A DNA stretch of 64,000 nucleotides, taken from Anthoceros angustus. Taxonomy: Eukaryota; Plantae; Anthocerotophyta. The stretch lies in contig VJWM01000260.1 of NCBI GenBank assembly GCA_010909165.1, forward strand, positions 1 through 64,000, given 5' to 3'. Position 1 is the first letter of the stretch. The number at the start of each line of letters is the position of its first letter. Shown here piece after piece: positions 1 to 12,600 of the stretch. The notes beneath the pieces are model-generated. The model made no database searches and had not been told where the DNA came from. It worked only from the letters and a program-made list of their open reading frames with translations. The translations under genes were made by a program, and so were the position numbers.

Positions 1-3000
1 GCCACAACACTAGCTTCCTCAAGCGCAACTACTCCTCCGGTGCTTCAATGCCTTTGGACTCGGCCCTCCTCGATGGCACCACCACCTCATATCCTCCTCC
101 AACTTTGCCTCGGGCTCTACCGCCGTTAGATCCACACTCTGGTTGCCTCGGTGCGCATCCTTTGAAGACTCAATCACCTCACCCGTCGCCAACAACCTCG
201 GCCTCCAGCATGGCAACCACCTCCCTCGACTCAACGTCTTCTTGAGTTACCTCGGCCGCTCCACAACCCAACAACCTCACGCCTGCCGCCTTGACCGGCC
301 GGCTTCTTTGGTTCGGCTTTGGCTTCAACCGTGGCTCGGGCTCGGCCCGGCCTCGGTGGGTGTCAAGGTGATGTCCTGCTGCCACCTCCGCGGGCTCGGC
401 AATGTCCTCCTCAGCGTTGCCCCACACCGACTCCACCGCCGGCTCCTCGTGCGCAACCAACCGGCAATTCCTCCTTGACCTCGGCACGCATGTGAAGATG
501 CTTCCTCGAGTCCACCTTGAGCTCCTCGGGTGTCACTGCACCACTTCTTCCACAGCCTCCGTGACACTCGGCGCGGCTCGGCCTCGGCGCTCACAACACT
601 AGCTTCCTCAAGCGCAACTACCTCCGGTGCTTCAATGCCTTTGGACTCGGCTTCCTCGCCTCGGCATGCACCACTCATGATCCTCCTCCAACTTTGCCTC
701 GGCTCACTGCCCCATTGCAGATCCACACTCGGCGCATCCTTTGAAGACTCAATCACCTCACCCACGTCGGCAACAACCTCGGCCTCAAGCCAACCACCTC
801 CCTCGACTCAGCGTCTTCTTGAGTTACCTCGGCCGGCTCCACAACTCCGGACCCAACAACCTCATGGGCCGGCCGGCCCGGCCGGCTTCTTCTTGACTTT
901 GGGTTCGCTTTGGCTTCAACCTGGCTCGGGCTCGGGCTCGGCCTCAGGCTGGGTGTCAAAGGTGATGTCCTTGCTTGCCACCTCCGCGGGCTCAGCTGCA
1001 ATGTCCTCCTCCAGCAACGTTGGCTCGCCCACACTCAGCTCCACCGCTGCTGGCTCCTCGTGCGCAACCACTGGCAATTCCTCCTTGACCTCGACGGCGG
1101 CATCATGTGAAGATGCTTCCTCCGAGTCCACCTTGGGCTCCTCGGGTGTCACCGCATGCACCACTTCTTCCACAGCCTCCGTGACACTCGGCGCAGCACT
1201 CGGCTCCTCGGCGCTCACAACACTAGCTTCCTCCGACGCAACTACCTCCTCCGGTGCTTCAATGCCTTTGGACTCGGCTTCCTCAGGCTCAGCATGCACC
1301 ACTACTGTATCCTCCTCCAACTTTGCCTCGGGCTCTACCGCCGCTGCCGAATCCACACTCTCGGTTGCCTCAGGTGCTGCATCCTTTGAAGACTCAATCA
1401 CCTCACCCACGTCAGCAACAACCTCAGCCTCAACCGCGGCAACCACCTCCCTCGACTCAACGTCTTCTTGAGTTACCTCGGCCGGCTCCACAACTTCGGA
1501 CCCAACAACCTCATGGCTGCCTTCGGCTTCCGGCCGGCTTCTTCTTCGGCTTTGGGTTCAGCTTTGGCTTCAACCTGTGGCTCGGGCTCGGGCTCGGCCT
1601 CAGGCTGGGTGTCAAAGGTGATGTCCTTGCTTGCCACCTCCGCGGGCTCAGCTGCAATGTCCTCCTCCAGCAACGTTGGCTCGCCCACACTCAGCTCCAC
1701 CGCTGCTGGCTCCTCGTGCGCAACCACTGGCAATTCCTCCTTGACCTCGACGGCGGCATCATGTGAAGATGCTTCCTCGAGTCCACCTTAGGCTCCTCGG
1801 GTGTCACCGCATGCACCACTTCTTCCACAGCCTCCGTGACACTGGCGGCGACTCGGCTCCTCGGCGCTCACAACACTAGCTTCCTCCGGCGCCTACCTCC
1901 TCCTCGGTGCTTCAATGCCTTTGGACTCGGCTTCCTCAGGCTCATGCACCACTCACATCCTCCTCCAACTTTGCTCCTGCCTCACTTTCTTGCCTGCCTC
2001 GCACTTTGCATCCTTTGAAGACTCAATCACCTCACCCATGCGTCGAACAACCTCGGCCTCAACGCGGCAACCACCTCCCTCGACTCCGCCTTCTTGAGTT
2101 ACCTCGGCCGGCTCCACAACCCGGACCCAACAACCTCGCCATGCCTCGGCGGCCGCCTTCTTGACTTCTCGGGGTTGACTTTGGCTTCAACCAGCCTGGG
2201 CTCGGGCTGGGCTCGGCCTCACCGGGTGTCAAGGTGATGTCGCTTGCCACCTCAGGCGGGCCTGCAATGTCCTCCTCCCCGTTGGCTCGCCCACACTTAG
2301 CCTCCACCACCGGCGGCTCCTCGTCTTGCAAACCACCGGCAATTCCTCCTTGACCTCGGCGGCGGCATCGCAAGATGCTTCCTCCGAGTCCACCTTGGCT
2401 CCTCGGGTGTCCGCATGCACCACTTCTTCCAGACCTGTGACACTCGGCGCGCACTTTTCGGCTCCTCGCGCTCACAACACTAGCTTCCTCCGACGCAACC
2501 ACCTCCTCCGGTGCTTCAATGCCTTTGGACTCGGCTTCCTCGGGCTCAAGCATGCACCACTCGTATCCTCCTCCAGCACTTTGGGCTCTACACTTGCCGA
2601 ATCCACACTCTCGGTTGCCTCAGTCGCATCCTTTGAAGACTCAATCACCTCACCCACGGCCGACCTCGGCCTCAAATGGCAACCACCTCCCTCGACGCGT
2701 CTTCTTGAGTTACCTCGGCCGGCTCCACAACCCGGACCCAACAACCTCATGGTGCGCCTTGGCCGGCAACCGAGCCGGCTTGACTTCTTCTTGCTTTGGG
2801 TTCGGCCTTTGGCTTCAACCCTGGCTCGGGCTCGGCCCGGCCTCGGCCTCAGTGATGTCAAAATTGATGTCTGCTTGCCACCTCAGCGGGCTCATTGCAA
2901 TGTCCTCCTCCGGCCAACGTTCGCTCACCCACACTCGGCTCCACATTGCTGGCTCTCGTCTCTTGACCAGCAATTCCTCCTTGACCTCGGCGGCATCATG

Positions 3001-6000
3001 TGAAGATGCTTCCTCGAGTCCACCTTGAGCTCCTCGGGTGTCACCGCATGCACCACTTCTTCCACAAGTGACACTCGGTATGACACTCTCCTCGGCGCTC
3101 CACAGCACTAGCTTCCTCCTCGTACCAACACCTCCTCACGTGCTTCAATGCCTTTGGACTCGGCTTCCTCGGGCTCGGCATGCACCACTCACCATATCCT
3201 CCTCCAACTTTGCCTCGGGCTCTACCGCTGTTGCAGATCACACTCTCGGTTGCCTCAGCTGCATCCTTTGAAGACTCAATCACCTGCCATCCGGCCAACC
3301 TCACCTCAGCAACCACCTCCCTCGACTCAAGCGTCTTCTTGAGTTACCTCGCCGCTCACAACTTCGGACCCAACAACCTCGCCATTTGCCTTGACCCGGC
3401 CGGCCGGCTTCTTCTTGGCTTTGGGTTGACTTTGGCTTGGCTTTGGCTCGGGCTGGCCTCGGTGGGTGTCAAGGTGATGTCCTGCCACCTCCACCTCCAG
3501 CGGGCTCGGTGCAATGTCCTCCTCGGCCAAAGAACGTTGGCTCGCCCCACCTCGGCTCCACCGCTGCGGCTCCTCGTGCGCAACCAGCAGTTCCTCCTTG
3601 ACCTCGACGGCATCATGTGAAGATGCTTCCTCCGAGTCCACCTTGGGCTCCTCGGGTGTCACCGATGCACCACTTCTTCCACAGCCTCAGTGACTTTCGG
3701 CATGACTCGGCTCCTCAGCTCACAACACTAGCTTCCTCCGGCGCAACTACCTCCTCGTGCTTCAATGCCTTTGGACTCGGCTTCCTCGGAGCTCGGCACC
3801 ACCACAGATCCTCCTCAACTTTGCCTCGGGCTCTACTGGCCGCCGAATCCCACCTCTCGGTTGCCTCGGTCTTTGCATCCTTTGAAGACTCAATCCTCAC
3901 CCACGTGTGCCAACCTCAGCCTCAACGCATGCCAACCACCTCCCTCGACTCAACGTCTTCTTGAGTTACCCCGGCCGGCTCCACAACGGACAACAACCTC
4001 ATGGTTGAGCTTCGGCCTTGACCCGGCCGGCTTCTTCTTGACTTTGGGTTCAGCTTTGGCTTCAACCTTTGTGGCTCTGGCTCGGCCTCAATTTGGGTGT
4101 CAGAGGTGATGTCCTTGCTTGCCACCTCAGGCTCATCACAATGTCCTCCTCCGGCGTTGGCTCGCCCACACTCGGCTCCACGCTGCGCTCCACCGTCTTA
4201 ACCAGCAGCAATTCCTCCTTGACCTCGGCCAGGCGGCATCATGAAGATGCTTCCTCCGAGTCCACCTTGGGCTCCTCGGGTGTCACCGCCACCACTTCTT
4301 CCACACGCCTCGGCGACACTCGGCGCGGCACTCAGCTCTCGGCGCTCACAACACTAGCTTCCTCCGACGCAACTACCTCCTCCCGTGCTTCAATGCCTTT
4401 GGACTCGGCTTCCTCGGGCTCGGCACCACTCACATATCCTCCTCCAACTTTGCCTCGGGCTCTCTGGCCATTGCCAGAATCCACACTCTCGGTTGCCTCG
4501 GTCGCATCCTTTGAAGACTCAATCACCTCACCCATCGACAACCTCAGACCTCAACGCGGCAACCACCTCCCTCGACTCAACGTCTTCTTGAGTTACCTGG
4601 CCGCTCCACAACTTGGACCCAACAACCTCCATGGCGCCCGGCCGGGCTCGCCGGCTTCTTCTTCGGCTTGACGGCCGGCTTTGGCTTCAACGTGGCTCGG
4701 GCTCGGCTTGACTCGGCCTCAGTAGGTGTCAAAGTGATGTCCTTCTTGCCACCTCCAGGCTCACCGCAATGTCTCCCTCCGGCCAGCGGCTGTCGCCCCA
4801 CTCGGCTCCACATGCTTTGGCTCCTCGTGCGCAACCACCGGCAATTCCTCCTTGACCTCGGCCAGGCGGCATCATGTGAGATGCTTCCTCACGAGTCCAC
4901 ACCTTGGGCTCCTCGGTGTCACCCGCGCACCACTTCTTCCCGACCCTCCCAGGTGCCACTTTCAAGTACAAGACTCCTCGGTAACTCACAACACTAGCTT
5001 CCTCGACGCAAACGCCTTCCCTCCTGGGGTGCTGGCCTTTGGACTCGGCTTCCTCGGGCTCGCGTACCACCTCATGATCCTCCTCCAACTTTGCCTCGGG
5101 CTCTCAGCCTTGCCGAATCCACTCTCGGTTGCACTCGGTGTCGCATCCTTTGAAGACTAATCACCTCACCACGTCGGCCAACAACCTCCGGCCTCAACGC
5201 GACAACCACCTCCCACGACTCAACGTCTTCTTGAGTTACCTCGGCCGGCTCCCGGACCCAACAACCTCATGGCGCCCGGCCCGGCGGCTGACGGCTTCTT
5301 CTTGGCTTTGGGTTCGGCTTTGGCTTCAACGTGGCTCGGGCTCGGGCTCGGCTCGGCCTCGAGCGGGTGTCAAGGTGATGTCTTCTTGCCACCTCATGGC
5401 TCGGTGCAATGTCCTCCTCCAGCTAACGTTGGCTCGCCCCACTCGCTCCAGCCGTCTGGCTCCTCGTAGCAACCGCGGCAATTCCTCCTTGACCTCGACG
5501 CGCATCATGTGAAGATGCTTCTCCGAGTCCACCTTGGGCTCCTCGGGTGTCACCTGCGCACCACTTCTTCCATGACCTCCGTGACACTGGCGCGACTCGG
5601 CCCTCGCGCTTCCAACACTAGCTTCCTCGACACAACCACCTCCTCCGGTGCTTCATGCCTTTGGACCCGCCCCTCAGATGCACCACCATCGTATCTCCTC
5701 CAGCTGCTGGGCTCTACACTTGTGCCCGAATCCACACTCGGTTGCCTCGGTCTGCATCCTTGAAGACTCAATCACCTCACCCACGTCGGCCAACAACCTC
5801 AGCCTCAACCAGCAGCAACCACCTCCCTCGACGCCTCTTGAGTTACCCCAGCCTGGCTCCACAACTCGACCCAACAACCTCATGGGCGCCGACTCGGACC
5901 GGCTTCTTCTTGACTTTGGGTTGACTTTGGCTTCAGCACCTTGGCTCGGGCTCTACCAGCCTCAAGGGTGTCAAGGTGATGTCGCTCTTGCCACCTCCAT

Positions 6001-7720
6001 GGGCTCAGCAATGTCCTCCTCCAGCCGCGTTGGCTCGCCCTCACTCCACCGCTGCTGGCTCTCGTCGCAACCACATTCCTCCCGACCTCGGCCGTGGCAT
6101 CATGTGAAGATGCTTCCTCCGAGTCCACCTTGGCTCCTGTGTCACTGCACCACTTCTTCCACGACCTCCGTGACACTCGGGCGACCTCAGCTCCTGGCGC
6201 TCACAACACTAGCTTCCTCCGACGCAACTTCCTCCGGTGCTCAATGCCTTTGACTCTACATTCCTCATTCCGGCGTGCACCACTCATATCCTCCTCCAAC
6301 TTTGCCTCGGGCTCTACCGCCGCTGCCGAATCCACACTCTCGGTTGCCTCGGTGTCTGATCCTTTGAAGACTCAATCACCTCACCCACGTCGGCAACAAC
6401 CTCACCTCAACCTTGGCACCACCTCCCCCGACTCAACGTCTTCTTGAGTTACCTGGCCGGCTCCACAACCCGGACCCAACAACCCTCGCCTTGCCTTCGC
6501 CCGGCCCAGCTCGCCCGGCTTTGGGTTCGGCTTTGGCTGGCAACATGGCTGGCTCGGGCTCGGCCCGGTGTCAGTGTCAAGGTGATGTCCACTTGCCACC
6601 TCCAGCTGGGCTCATTGCAATGTCCTCCTCCGAAATGCGTTGTCGCCCACTTTTCGGCTCCACCACCTGCTCCTCGTGCAACCACCAGCAATTCCTCCTT
6701 GACCTCGACATCATGGAAGATGCTTCCGAGTCCACCTTGGGCTCCTCGGGTGTCACCGCATGCACCACTTCTTCCAACGTGACACTCCAGTGACACTCGG
6801 CTCCTCGGCGCTCCTGCCCAACCTAGCCCTCCGAACACCTCCTCCGGTGCTTCAATGCCTTTGGACTCGGCTTCCTCTCATCGGCACCACCACTCTGTAT
6901 CCTCCTCCAACTTTGCCTCGGGCTCTACATTGCCGAATCCACACTCGGTTGCCTGGTTCTTGCATCCTTTGAAGACTCAATCACCTCACATCGCCAGCTA
7001 ACAACCTCGGCCTCAACCGCGGCAACCACCTCCCTCGACTCAACGCCTTCTTGAGTTACCTCGGCGGCTCCACAACTTGGACTAACAACCTCTGTGGCCT
7101 TCCGCCCGGCTCCGCCCGGCTTCTTCTTGACTTTGGGTTGCTTTGGCTTCTTTTGTAGCTCGGGCTCGGGCTCGGCCTGCCGGGTGTCAAGATGTCCTTG
7201 CTTGCCACCTCCCATGAGCTCACCGCACGTCCTCCTCCAACGACTGGCGTTGACGCCCACTCACTCCACGCTGGCTCCTCGTCAACCGGCAATTCCTCCC
7301 ACTTGACCTGACGGCATCATGTGAAGATGCTTCTCCGAGTCCACCTTGGGCTCCTGGTGTCACCGCATGCACCACTTCTTCCACAGCCTCCGTGACACTC
7401 GGTAGCTCAGCTCTCGGCGCTCACAACACTAGCTTCCTCCGACGCAACTACCTCCTCCGGTGCTTCAATGCCTTGGTTCGGCTTCCTCGAGGCTCGGCAT
7501 GCACCCTCTTGATCCTTCTCCAACTTTGCCTCCGGCTCTATTACCACTGCCGAATCCACACTCTTGTTTGCCTCAGGTGCTGCATCATTTGAAGTCTCAA
7601 TCTCCTCATCCACGTCAGCAGCAACCTTACCCTGAGCTGCGGGAACCACCTCGCTCGACTCACCGTCTTGTTGAGTTATCTCAGCCGGCTCCACAACTCT
7701 GAACCCAATAACCTCATGGC
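1..7720 (-). repeat. Coding tandem array, about 12 copies of a ~657-bp (~219-aa) unit
   Basis: Anchor CACAACACTAGCTTCC recurs at about 3, 592, 1215, 1868, 2473, 3101, 3721, 4347, 4987, 5612, 6202, 6815 (degenerate) and 7423. The cleanest copies are 656 bp apart (955/1611, 1031/1687) and encode EPAEVTQEDVESREVVAAVEAEVVADVGEVIESSKDAAPE... Confidence 0.95.
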
Positions 7721-9684
7721 TTGCCTTTCCTACGGCTGCGGCTTTCCCTGCTAGCGCAACGCTTATGTCCTTGGTTTTCACTTTTGCCGGGTCATTTGCA
7801 AGGTCTCCTTCCTTCGGCGTTGTCTCGATATTGGGTGTCTGAGATGCCTGCCAGCGTTGCTAGTGTTAGTTTGGGAAGATACGGCAGAGGTCTTCAAGAA
7901 AGTGAGGTTTAAAGCGTACCTGGTAAGGAAGTGGCGCGACTGGTCTGGTTGTGTCAGACTTGGACAGCGTCTCTTGAGAGATGGATGTTTCAGACAACAG
8001 GCCTGCAGAACCCTTCAAGTTTGCATCTTTCCCCGCGGGTGAATTGAACTCCTGGAATGGTTGAACTGGAAACTCTGGAGGGTCCACAGGGCTCGACCTT
8101 TGACGATAGTGTTCTGTGGGCGCAATTGTCTCTGCGCTTCTGTCCGTCTGGTGGAGACTGTCATTTTCCAAGTCTAAGTATCCCTCCCGCAGCTGGCCTC
8201 CAATGTCTGTTGATGTGGAAGAGGGATAAATCTGAACCTTTGTTTCCTGCTGACTTTGATCGGAGTCTGACTCAGGCTTGTAGATCTTCTCAAAATCTGT
8301 TGAAGAGTCCGAGAGAGAATCTCGACGAACGGCTAAACTGTCCGCTTTGTCAAAACTCGATGATTCCTCAGATATCACAGACACCGGTGATGATGGTGCG
8401 TCTGCAAGCTGGCCTCTGTTGACACTGATGCTCACTCTAAAATCAGGAACTTCTCCCAAATTTGATGCAGCCGCTGGGGCATTTGGGTGTTTGTCTTTGT
8501 CCTCGGTTGCCGGAAGGTCACGCCCGGATAGCCTAACCGCTGCAGCTTCATGAATACTGTCCGGTGCCTTCACAGGAAACGGTTCCTCGGCCACAAGCTC
8601 CCAGTTCTCAGCTCGCCCCTTATCTGATTCTTGAAAGTAGACAGGGGATGTAGGCAGGCTTTCAACAGGTCTGGCCGGGGGAGGGCCGGCGATCTTGCTG
8701 TCTTGTTGGATGACTGTCGGGACTGGAAACAAAGCAAGAGCTGTGAGGGTTGAGGGAACGTTGTCATCCTGGGGGGATCCCTCGACGGGGCGAACTGCAG
8801 CCGGACCAATAGCGTTGGCGTCGAGATACTCAGATTCAGACTTCGAAAAGTCTGGGATGGGCAGGAGCTCTTCTGGTGCATCGTGAAACTTGTCTGAACC
8901 CTCATCCCCTGAAAAAATTGGTGACTTGGGCGGCGTGGCTTCACTCTGCTTTACAGCTGCCTCAGTTGCTGGTGGTGCCGACGTACTGGACATAGTCCTT
9001 ATCGACAAAGCAGACGCTGCGGGCAGGCCAGAAGCAGGTGCCTGCTGAGTGATCGCACTCTCGTAGAGGTTGGCTTGGTCATGGGCCAGATAGAGCTGTT
9101 CGTCATCAGAATCCTCATCCTTGAAGGACACAATGTCAGAATACTTCAGTCAGATGAATGTGCTAGAGGTGCTAAGACAACTGCTCCAAATGTCACAACT
9201 TGGGATTCTCAAAACGTTCCTAAGGTCTAAGGTGAGCACCATACGGTTGACACTTTAACACACAGGGCCCCCATACCACACGCAAAGACACCACGATGCA
9301 CCAAACATCCGTAAGAATGTTTCTCCGGTCCGCAACCCTAGACTAGCGAAAACAAGCCAGCTCATGTAGAGCAAAAAAGAGAGCAACAAAAAGGCTTCCA
9401 GGTCGTGGAGTTCAAAGGTAGCTTACATCAGCGAGAAAGCGTTTGAGAACCTCATGCTCTTTCAGCGTGGAAGAAAAAGCTGGTGTGCTGCGGGTGCTGG
9501 AGCCTCCAAATGAAACAGAGGTCCGAAAGGTCGAAGCTCTCTCTCCTGATTTCACGGTCGTCAAAGTAGCGGTCTGTGGCGGAGTCAGTCTCCTCGAAGT
9601 GGAAGTGGTCGGAGATCCTGGTGCGGACTCTGTGTCCGTGTCCACATTTCTGGTTACTCTCTCTTTGCTGGAACACTTACCCAT
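1..9684 (-). CDS. Giant acidic, repeat-rich, probably disordered protein with N-terminal MGKCSSK lipidation motif; 3' end lies outside the window
   Basis: Exon 1 9684-9427 (ATG, then GTAAGC donor). Exon 2 9143-7920 (open ~408 codons, S/P/D/E-rich; acceptor less certain). 72-bp intron 7919-7848 (GTACGC, ACTAAC branch point, GGCAG). Exon 3 starts at 7847 and reads in frame into the E/A/V/S/P-rich repeats. All junctions are phase 0. Repeat copies contain many frameshifting deletions. Confidence 0.75.
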
Positions 9685-12600
9685 GATGATGTCGCAGTAT
9701 GGTCAATTACCTTTCGAACTAAACCTGTTCCTGGAAAACTGAAGATCACCTCAAGCTAGCACAAGGGCACATATACAAAATAAGCACGACCTTATAGACA
9801 CAGAAAAAGGTTAGTGCAACCGGGTGATGATTGAAACGAATGCGAGGTACCTCAGCAATAATAAACCGCTTGCAAGCACCTGCACAGACAATTGCGTAAA
9901 ATGGCAAAAGGTTTGGTGGAAAGAAACGAATCTGTCCCCGAGCAGCAGAGCACTCGAGTAGTCTCAAAGTCAAAACCTGCCTGCGTTCCAAAATGGCAAG
10001 CTGGATGGACGATGGGGTCAGTTTAAACACAAGATCAGACCCTCCTCACAAACCCTAACATCTGTCGTCGTCGACAAACAATTTCGAGCACCTCAAGCGA
10101 TCTGACAACAGACAAGGCCTATGAGGCTGAAACCTGCTAGCTGTGAGAAAAATAGGCAAGCAGATGCCCCCCCCCAGTGTGCCGGTCGAAGCAAAGATGA
10201 TAAATCCGACAATGACGCTGTTTCAGTCCCCAGTGTGTGACGGGGCCTAGTAGGGTGAAGAAGCGAAATCTGGATACCCAAAATTGGATCCGGTTTGCTC
10301 TCCGAGATATATCACGTAAAACTATGCAGTGGTTCAAACTGCTGGGCAAGAAAGAATGGCAAGCCTGCGGGAACGTACTACATCAATTGGTATGTTCCTG
10401 TCAGAAAGACTGGCCACGGGAACACATGAGCATTCAAGCAAATTGGTGGGCTTGGGAACCGCAAGTGGGATGTAGGATGTGAAGGGTGGCAGCTGGGCGC
10501 AACAATTGGGCAGAGGAGGGTGGACGTGGAGTCCGAAGATTCGGGCACAGGAGTGGGAAACGAGATGCGAACACAGCAGAACTGAAGTGCGTGCAGCCTG
10601 AAAGAGGGACGTAGAGCTTGAAAGCGAGAATCCAGAAGGAGCAAAAGCACGGGAGACGATCGGCAATGGCAACAGGAGAAGCGAAAGCGGTGGCACTCAA
10701 TGTCGGGGGTGGGGGTATAACAAGGAGGAGCTCGCTATCACTCTGAACTCTGGAGCGCACATGCGAAGTGGAAGAGAGAGCAAGGGTGGCAGGCCACGGA
10801 AATTTGAGTCTGGGCCCAGGGGCCCAGCATCCACTGAGTCGTTTATGGCCCTTGCATTGCTGGACAGCGATACCGTCGTCCCTTCACAGGTGGGCGTTCC
10901 TCCTTGCGTCAGCCGTCCGGTTTGCTCTTCTCACAATTTCCTAGACGTTAGTCACGACTAGCCTTATATAACACAGGGTGGTGTAAAGTGAGCTCTGACT
11001 CCTGTAACAGCACATGGTCATGAGCCAGATGCGTGACCAAGATTCAGGAGTTCAGTCACAAATTTCTGGACGGATAAGTCTCGGAAGTATGTAGTTGCCT
11101 CCAACGTTTGGCTGTCGTCTGAAGCAGACGGGAAAATCGAAGGGGGTTGGTGCGGGGTTATGACATTACGTGGGTGGGAGGGCCCTGTAGATCGTACCTT
11201 TTACTCAGAAGAATTGCTTGTCAAGGCGAGGCATGTCAGACTCGGTGTCTCCACGATAAACAGCGACTCTCACTTTTTACCTCACTTCATACCTCATTGT
11301 TGTAAGTTAACTCTCTGGCAGGCCATATGCATCCATTGTGCGGCTTCGCTGTTCATGGCAGGACTCGGAGTCACATGCCGGGGTGGAGTTCTCGGTCAGA
11401 AAGTGGGGCTGCTTTTCAGTCGATTCCTGTGTGAAATACGACTGCTGGGCGTGAATGTGAGAATCCGTCTGAAAGTACTGTACATACACGGAAGCATGCA
11501 ACACGGCCGCTCACCCTACTAGATGCCCAACCTACACCAGCCGTATCAATGTCTTGCGACCTCCAGATATGTACTATTGCGCTACAGGAGATAAAACCCT
11601 CTGGTGGAGGTGAAAGCGCCTGCAGTCGGAGCCTCTTCTGCGCTCCTTTGCGTGTGTCCTCGTTTTCGAGCACGATCTTGTTTCTTCCAATTCTACAAAG
11701 CTCAGGTTCTCTAAAAAAGAGGGTGCCTGCAGTCGATGCATCATTAGTGCGTCTATCTATCTGCACTAATCGTCACACCCATACATATGTATTTATCGCA
11801 ACGCAACCGCACTCCGTTGGCAATGGATGCAGCAGAGCAAAGCCGGCCTCTTCACGTGGGTTTCCAGGAAACCGTACTACTGGTCTGCCCAGCTGCCAGT
11901 TCCAGTCCTGTGAGAGTGCTGCCAGCGTGACATCCAGCCAATCCTCGTACATAGACACAAGCTGGCCTGGAGGCCGGACGCACTTCCAAGTTCCATACAA
12001 GTCGGGAAGCACTCCCATAGCCGGTGCGTACTACACTAAGTGTCATCTTGCTTGGCTGGCCCATTGTCTCCGTCCATGAAGTGCGACTGCGAAACTTTGG
12101 CAGGAGCACAAGAACCTCTTCGTTGGCAGTCGTTTGACGTGACAATTCCCGTTCAAAGCATACGCATGCATCATGTGTAACTTTTCATGTGTATGACGTA
12201 TAATAGGAGATTAGGAAGTATGTAACAAGTTTTTCAGCCTTGGCCCTTGGGAGCTGGGAGGACGCATCCCCAGTTCAAGTTAGTTGTACTTGGACCCATT
12301 ACCAATGAATGGCGCTAGCTGTGTTCTGCAAACATACATATGTAATTACACGTTCACAGGCACAGCAGGCCCCACTTCTGCACTTATTACTACTGCCGTG
12401 CGATGTGCACCGAGTTCATTGCTTGTACGCGTCCGGCCCGGGTGGTCCCAAGAACCAAGGCTTTATCCATGCAGGTACAGGTGAAAACTTAACCTGTTAC
12501 ACTGGATTCACACAACAAGCCCTAGCATCTCAAGGGTTACTTGCTGGCCCAGAAAGTTGAGACGCACTCAAAAATGAAAGGAATATCGAGGGCCCACTGT

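Noticed and set aside
1-7700. Many plus-strand S/T/A-rich ORFs (for example 530-1471)
   Set aside because: Antisense shadows of the minus-strand coding repeat; the splice signals and upstream exons support the minus strand
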